A stretch of 63,321 nt of DNA, filler included, from Rozella allomycis CSF55 (lineage: Eukaryota), in assembly GCA_000442015.1 (NCBI GenBank). It is 11 parts of 11 records of this genome, joined end to end, with 100 filler letters (N's around TTAATTAATTAA, not from the genome) between each part and the next. Parts side by side here need not be neighbours in the genome. Positions count along the whole stretch, not along the records: positions 57,880 to 61,099 come from KE560444.1; positions 61,200 to 63,321 come from KE560448.1; 9 more parts are not named here. One strand, given 5' to 3'. The translations under genes were made by a program, and so were the position numbers. Shown one piece after another: positions 57,880-63,321 of the stretch; the stretch's first letter is position 1; every line of letters starts with the position of its first letter. The notes under the pieces were generated by a model that made no database searches, had not been told where the DNA came from, and worked only from the letters and a program-made list of their open reading frames with translations.

Positions 57880-60800
57880 TTCATGTTTTTCAAAATAAAT
57901 CACTAGGTGGGTCAGATCACAGGCCAATAATTCTATCGTTCAAGCCTCAAAATAAGCACAAACATAAATCTTTTCAACGACTAAATATAAGAAACTTCAC
58001 CAAGAAAGACAATCAAGAACACTTCTCCTTGTCTCTTTCAAACTCTCTTCCTGAAATTCTTAATCTTCTGTTATCAACAAAGTCAAACAATGAACTCACC
58101 AACGACGATAAAGTGGAAGAAATGTGGTCCATCATAAAAGAATGGATCACCAATGAAGCGGTGCTAACGGTTGGTTTTAAATCTTTCAAAGCATACACCT
58201 CAGAATTCTTTTGGACCCCTGAACTTCTTCAGGAGTCTAAAGATATTGAATCCCTTACGGCCCAAGCTCAGCTAATGCAAGATAGTAACAATACTTCACA
58301 GGAAACGACACATATCTACGCCAGACTACGTTTGGCTAACGAAAGATTCAGAGACAAACTTCATCAAAGAAGAACCCAAGTGTTTCAAGAAATTGTCACA
58401 AATCTAGCTCAACCTCAAAACTCTGGAGCATTCATGCGAATGACAAAGTCAATTAAGAAACGAAAGAATAAAGATCATTGTCAGTTGGACCCGAGAGAAA
58501 TTAATGAACATATGAACTATTACAAGTCCACATTTGGCGCTGAGCCAATGGGACAATTTGAAATAGTTGATGAAACAATGGAAAAAATAAATAGTAATGT
58601 TGATTTGGGAACGATTGATGTTGTTGATAATAATAATTTATTAAATAGAAATCTAAATGAAAGAGAAAGACTTATCTTACTTGATGATGTTAAATGTCAA
58701 GCCACATCCTTAATAAATCAAATGGATTCCAACACAAAGTCAAAGATGTCCTTAATTGACAGAGTTGACGCTGTTGGTCTAAATGTTCGTTCGAATTTGA
58801 TCTCCAATAGAAATCCATTTAAAACAAATGCTCTTCATGATAACTCTTTTCAAGTTACTTCTTTTTCTAAAGATCCAATGATTTCTGACGAAGAAGTTCT
58901 TTACTTGGACCTTCCAGTAATAAATACATCTACTAACATTCATAAATTGAAATCAAACTATCCATTCTCTAATGTAAATCTATCTAAAGATGCTTGTGAT
59001 AACATAAGAATTAATGATTCTAAGCTAAGACTTCATTCAAGGTCGAAAGCTAAAGTGTCGAAAATGGAATCGTTAAAATTTAAAAGGCAGTGTGCTAATA
59101 AAGTAAATCATCAACGCGTGAGTAAAAATAAATATTCTGCTTTCGAAAATAATGCTGTCAGTTCTTTATTCAATCCTGGCTGCAATAAGAATTTTGTTTC
59201 AAAATCATACAAAACTAATTCCAAATTCAATACAAATACTTTATTTAATAGTCCTAATTTATTATCTTATAGTTCTTTACCATTTAAATTAAAAAATAGA
59301 TTAAAAAATGATAGTTCCAAAGTCGGAAATTTCGACATGCAAAAAGAAGTCCAATTGTCGTCAGAATTCATCGCTTCAAATTTTGGTAATAATATTAAAA
59401 TATGTCCTAACGATTACCCTATTTTAAATAAAGAATTGGAATACTTTGATGTTTTAGACCCAAGCCACAATAACAACAATGAACAAATCACTTCGAATTT
59501 AGAGAAAACAAAATTAATTGGAGATAATAAATTATTATTTAATTATTCTCAAGATAAAATCGCATCAAAATCGTCAAATTCTAATGTTCATAATTTCAAC
59601 TCGTTCAATCAGGATCAAATCTTGGCGGATTTTAAAAATTCAAAATTATTATTAAATGAAAAATTATTATCTAGTGATTGCCCTAATTTAAACAATGAAT
59701 CTCCATACTTTGTTTTCGACGAACCATGCCACATAAATAATAATGTTCAAAAGTTATCAGAATTAAATGGAACAAGAAATTCTTTTGATTATAAATTATT
59801 ATCTAATTATTCTTCACAAAAAATCGCTTTAAAAACAACATCTTGCAAAGTCGGAAATTTCGACCCTCAATATCTTTGCCAAAACTCGCCCAATTTCAAC
59901 GAACAAAAGAGTTTAATGAATAATAATTTATATTCTAACGACTCAAGTGGTTTAAAACACCAAAATGAATACTTAGGTTTTGGGGAGCCCAGCCACCGAG
60001 TAAACAATAGCGATATCTCAGTGAATTTTAATGATAAAAATGCAGAAAAAAATCCAGCAAGTATAATTTTCAATGCTCTTTCATCTCAAAATAATTGCAT
60101 TCAAGATTCATCAATTTTGTCAGACTCAAAATCGAAGATAGAAGCGGATGTTAATTCTTATGCATCTGAAGGGTTAAATATATTCAATCCAAATCAAATA
60201 ACAACTCTCGTTTCTGTGGAGGCTCAAAACTCACCCGTTCAAATTATGCTGAAACCTCGATCTTCAAATAATGCCTTTAAGAGTAAAAGCGACCAAGACA
60301 TTTTTAAAACAAATTTTAAAAATACTACTTACTGCAGTAGCTCCTCAAAAAGCCTTCAAACTTCTGACTTTGCTCAAACGACCTCTAAACAATATTCTTT
60401 TAATGAAAATGACAGTTCAAAAATTAAATCATCATTATTTAATATTAAAAACCGATCAAGAAACAAAAAATATTCAAGTTCTGACTCTTCTTTACCAAAA
60501 GGAATTTCCAAAATTTCAGAGTTCAAATCATTCAAAAATGCTTCAAAATCAATCGAACAAAATTCAAATAGTATTAAAAAATTAAAACAAATTAAATTAA
60601 CCTCTTTAAAACATCTTTGCCAAACCTTTGAAAAAGACTCTGAAATTTCAAAACAAAATCACAACGTGGATATTAATGACTCGAAATCTTATAATCAATC
60701 TTCAAATGAATTTAATTTTAATATTAATATTATTTCTTATTATAATCCAACTTTAAATCCATCTTCAAGCTTAAACACTTTCCAAACTCCAACGATCAAC

Positions 60801-61099
60801 ACCAATGAACTTAATTCTTCCTTAGGGCCTGAAGAAAAGCCAGAAAATAATTTAATCCACTATAATACACTTATTGAACCTCTTACCGTGCATGGATTGG
60901 ACAGTAGTAGTAGTCCTCCAGAAAACAAGATGGAAAAGGGAATAAACCAAAGACCAACGCAATCAGAAATAGGAATACTAAAAGAGAAGGGAAAAAATAA
61001 CCCAAAAACTTCAGAGTTGGCTCAAAGAAAGAAAGCCATCCTTAATGAACACATTGTCAATTCTAAATTTTCGAATCAAAACAAAAAAGGAAATTCATT
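57880..61099 (+). mobile_element. LINE ORF2 N-terminal part (APE end + linker) in frame with a long Asn/Ser/Lys-rich low-complexity ORF
   Basis: GGSDHRPII near 57906, WSIIKE, FFWTPEL, YYKSTF; after ~58570 no RT motifs in more than 800 aa. Confidence 0.6.
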
Positions 61100-61199
61100 N
61101 NNNNNNNNNNNNNNNNNNNNNNNNNNNNNNNNNNNNNNNNNNNTTAATTAATTAANNNNNNNNNNNNNNNNNNNNNNNNNNNNNNNNNNNNNNNNNNNN

Positions 61200-61962
61200 T
61201 TGAACACAACGCTCCATTCTTTGTTCCTTCAGGCGCCAACTCTCCCCTACTTTCATACCTGAATTACATTTACTTTAAAAGTAATCTTCTAAACTCCATG
61301 GCTCCTTGAATCAAGGAGGCTGCTCTTCCTGTTTGCGTTCTAAACTGCGGTCTATGGTCATCCACAAATTGAAAAAAGTAGGACACGTAAATAACCACTG
61401 GATCCCTGTATGCCAAATACGCATACTCATTCCACCAATTAATCAACCAGCTTGTCTTGGCATTTTTTGCCTTTTCAACCAATCTCTCTTGCAAAACACG
61501 CCCAACTCCATTAGGCGCCAGGAACTCTTCAACCGCCCTCCTGTTTTGCTCATATTCCACATCATTCAATAACGGCTTTAGTGTTTGCAAGTACTTGCTG
61601 CACGTTTCTTCTAATGTTGGTACAGGTAGTTTAGGCAGCGACGCTTGATGAGCCCACAATTGTCCAGAGGGTACGGCGTCCATGTAATTTTCATTAATTG
61701 ATTTCTATTTATTATGTAAATTGGACTTACGGCGTTANAGTTTGCAAGTACTTGCTGCACGTCTCTTCCAGTGTTGGCACAGGTAGTTTAGGCAGCGACG
61801 CTTGATGAGCCCACAATTCTCCAGAGGGTACGGCCTCCATGTAGTTTTCATTAATTGATTTCTATTTATTATGTAAATTGGACTTACGGCGTTAAGTGGT
61901 ATCAATGAATACTTGCGGGTTGCAAATGGCATACTTCTAAAAATGGAACGCAAAATACTCAT
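61200..61962 (-). CDS. CRAT: Carnitine O-acetyltransferase, N-terminal part
   Basis: Presequence MSILRSIFRSMPFATRKYS; LPKLPVPTLEETCSKYL; WLINWWNEYAYLAYRDP; duplicated across n 61737. Confidence 0.88.
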
Positions 61963-62432
61963 AATCGAAAATTCAATAATTAAATATGAAAATGAAAAAA
62001 TTGAGAAATCCAGATTTTAGAACTTTAAATGCAGTTCATGTTCACAATATCAAATCGTCAATTCAATTTATTGCCATCAAAGATAGAAATTGACCTTTCA
62101 TGATGTCGTTTTCTGACTTTGTATATTCTATGACGATCCATTGCAGTAGCTCCGAGCTCGACCAATTGAGTAGTGGTTTCGAACGCCCAGAGGCCGTTTT
62201 TGGAGAAGATATTCTCGCAAGCAAAAACATTCTTAAAAATTTTGAATGTCCGGATGGATTCATTTCCTTATACTACGATAAACTCCTCGCTGTGGTCAAT
62301 ATTATATCAAATGTCAAATGACAACGTTCCTAAGAATAACAAAGCCGAAAGTGAAATGATTTTAAATGTAAAGAATGTAAAACAAAATAGGACGCAATTG
62401 TTTATTAAAAAGTTGCAACCTTTGGGGCAGAA

Positions 62433-63206
62433 TTAAAAATACGGACCAAAATTGAGTAAGATTTGCAAAACTGTCTTTTCGCTTTTGACTACATGCAAAT
62501 ACCCATCGTCCCAGTCCAAATAGTTAATTCCATTTCCTGGATGAAAATCAACTTCGATTGAAGGACTACTTCCCTCCATAAGCTTGGGCTCCTTCGGCAC
62601 ATATTTGTAAGCATTTTCGAAATCATTGCAGTCGACTAATGCCGCCCAAAGTTTGCTCACTCTTTTTTTGCCCAAACAAACATTTGAATCTTTGGAGCCT
62701 AACCGGAGCGTGCTATCACCCTTATCGTAAAATCTCAAAGCCGATCTGTCGGTACATGAAACCGGGATAAAATAGGAATCTTTTTGCGCCAGGCATTGTC
62801 CACCCACTTGAACTTGGATCGAAAAATCTAATCTACGGCTGCACGGGTTTACATGGTCTCCTGACATAAGGAACCCTGGTTTGCATGTTTGGCATTTAGA
62901 GTCTGCGCAATTTTCTGTATTCATTTTTTCACATCCCCAGAAACCCCCATTCTTGCCAACCAGAAAAAAGCCTTCGTTGCAATCGGAACATAATTGATCT
63001 TTGCACCCATCTTGCGAATCCTCAACGCAAACGAACTTTTCATTGGATGTTAACATGCGTGGTACGCGGTTGTCCTTGCATGTTTTACAGTCTGCTTCCG
63101 CACAGAATGCATCGCTTGGAGATGGAGGGTTGTCGGGAAAAGCAGTTGGAAAGGCAAGCAAGTTTGAAGCTAATAGCGACACGAAAAGGAAAGATGTTTT
63201 AAACAT
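62433..63206 (-). CDS. Secreted protein: Cys-rich (CxxC, furin-like) repeats + ricin-B-lectin-like domain
   Basis: Signal peptide MFKTSFLFVSLLASNLLA; CxxxxCxxC x3; GGQCL...VSC, VCL...LVDC beta-trefoil-like pattern. Confidence 0.65.
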   Translation of the reverse strand: MFKTSFLFVSLLASNLLAFPTAFPDNPPSPSDAFCAEADCKTCKDNRVPRMLTSNEKFVCVEDSQDGCKDQLCSDCNEGFFLVGKNGGFWGCEKMNTENCADSKCQTCKPGFLMSGDHVNPCSRRLDFSIQVQVGGQCLAQKDSYFIPVSCTDRSALRFYDKGDSTLRLGSKDSNVCLGKKRVSKLWAALVDCNDFENAYKYVPKEPKLMEGSSPSIEVDFHPGNGINYLDWDDGYLHVVKSEKTVLQILLNFGPYF

Positions 63207-63321
63207 TTTCTGATTTAGGGGTAAATTTTGGGCGTATATATATTGCCAAATTCTATTTTTAGAAGCGATATGTTACAAATATTTTTAGAAGCATCTAAAT
63301 TTACGGTCGGTTAGTTTATTT

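Noticed and set aside
21354-61199. Recurring TTAATTAATTAA palindrome between N runs
   Set aside because: Artificial six-frame-stop linker; gene adjacency across these linkers has no biological meaning

Overview
AT-rich eukaryotic DNA from a compact, intron-bearing genome. The gene set (RFX with dimerisation domain, WDR49-like, THADA, RanGAP, CENP-C, SUZ12-like, CRN-type REase, ricin-lectin protein) and 26-29 nt introns best fit an early-diverging zoosporic fungus or cryptomycete parasite such as Rozella (inference). The window is not one locus. It is about 11 small scaffolds joined by artificial N/TTAATTAATTAA/N linkers, and many single-n joins duplicate the adjacent sequence. 1-21.3 kb: THADA, repeats, a tRNA-derived SINE, a decayed but complete Ty3/Gypsy element with a 5-bp TSD, PLD, RanGAP and RFX. 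21.4-33 kb: dense housekeeping genes (CENP-C, ACSF3-like, C-Ala-like, CDC1, BNI4/PHACTR-like, membrane PDE, PIG-A). The rest is accessory: LINE fragments, CRN-like pseudogenes and secreted proteins. The most striking feature is a ~10 kb co-oriented cluster of signal-peptide + F-box + LRR-like genes (46.3-56.4 kb), candidate effectors that co-opt host SCF ubiquitin ligases. All family assignments come from motifs recognised by eye; no searches were run.
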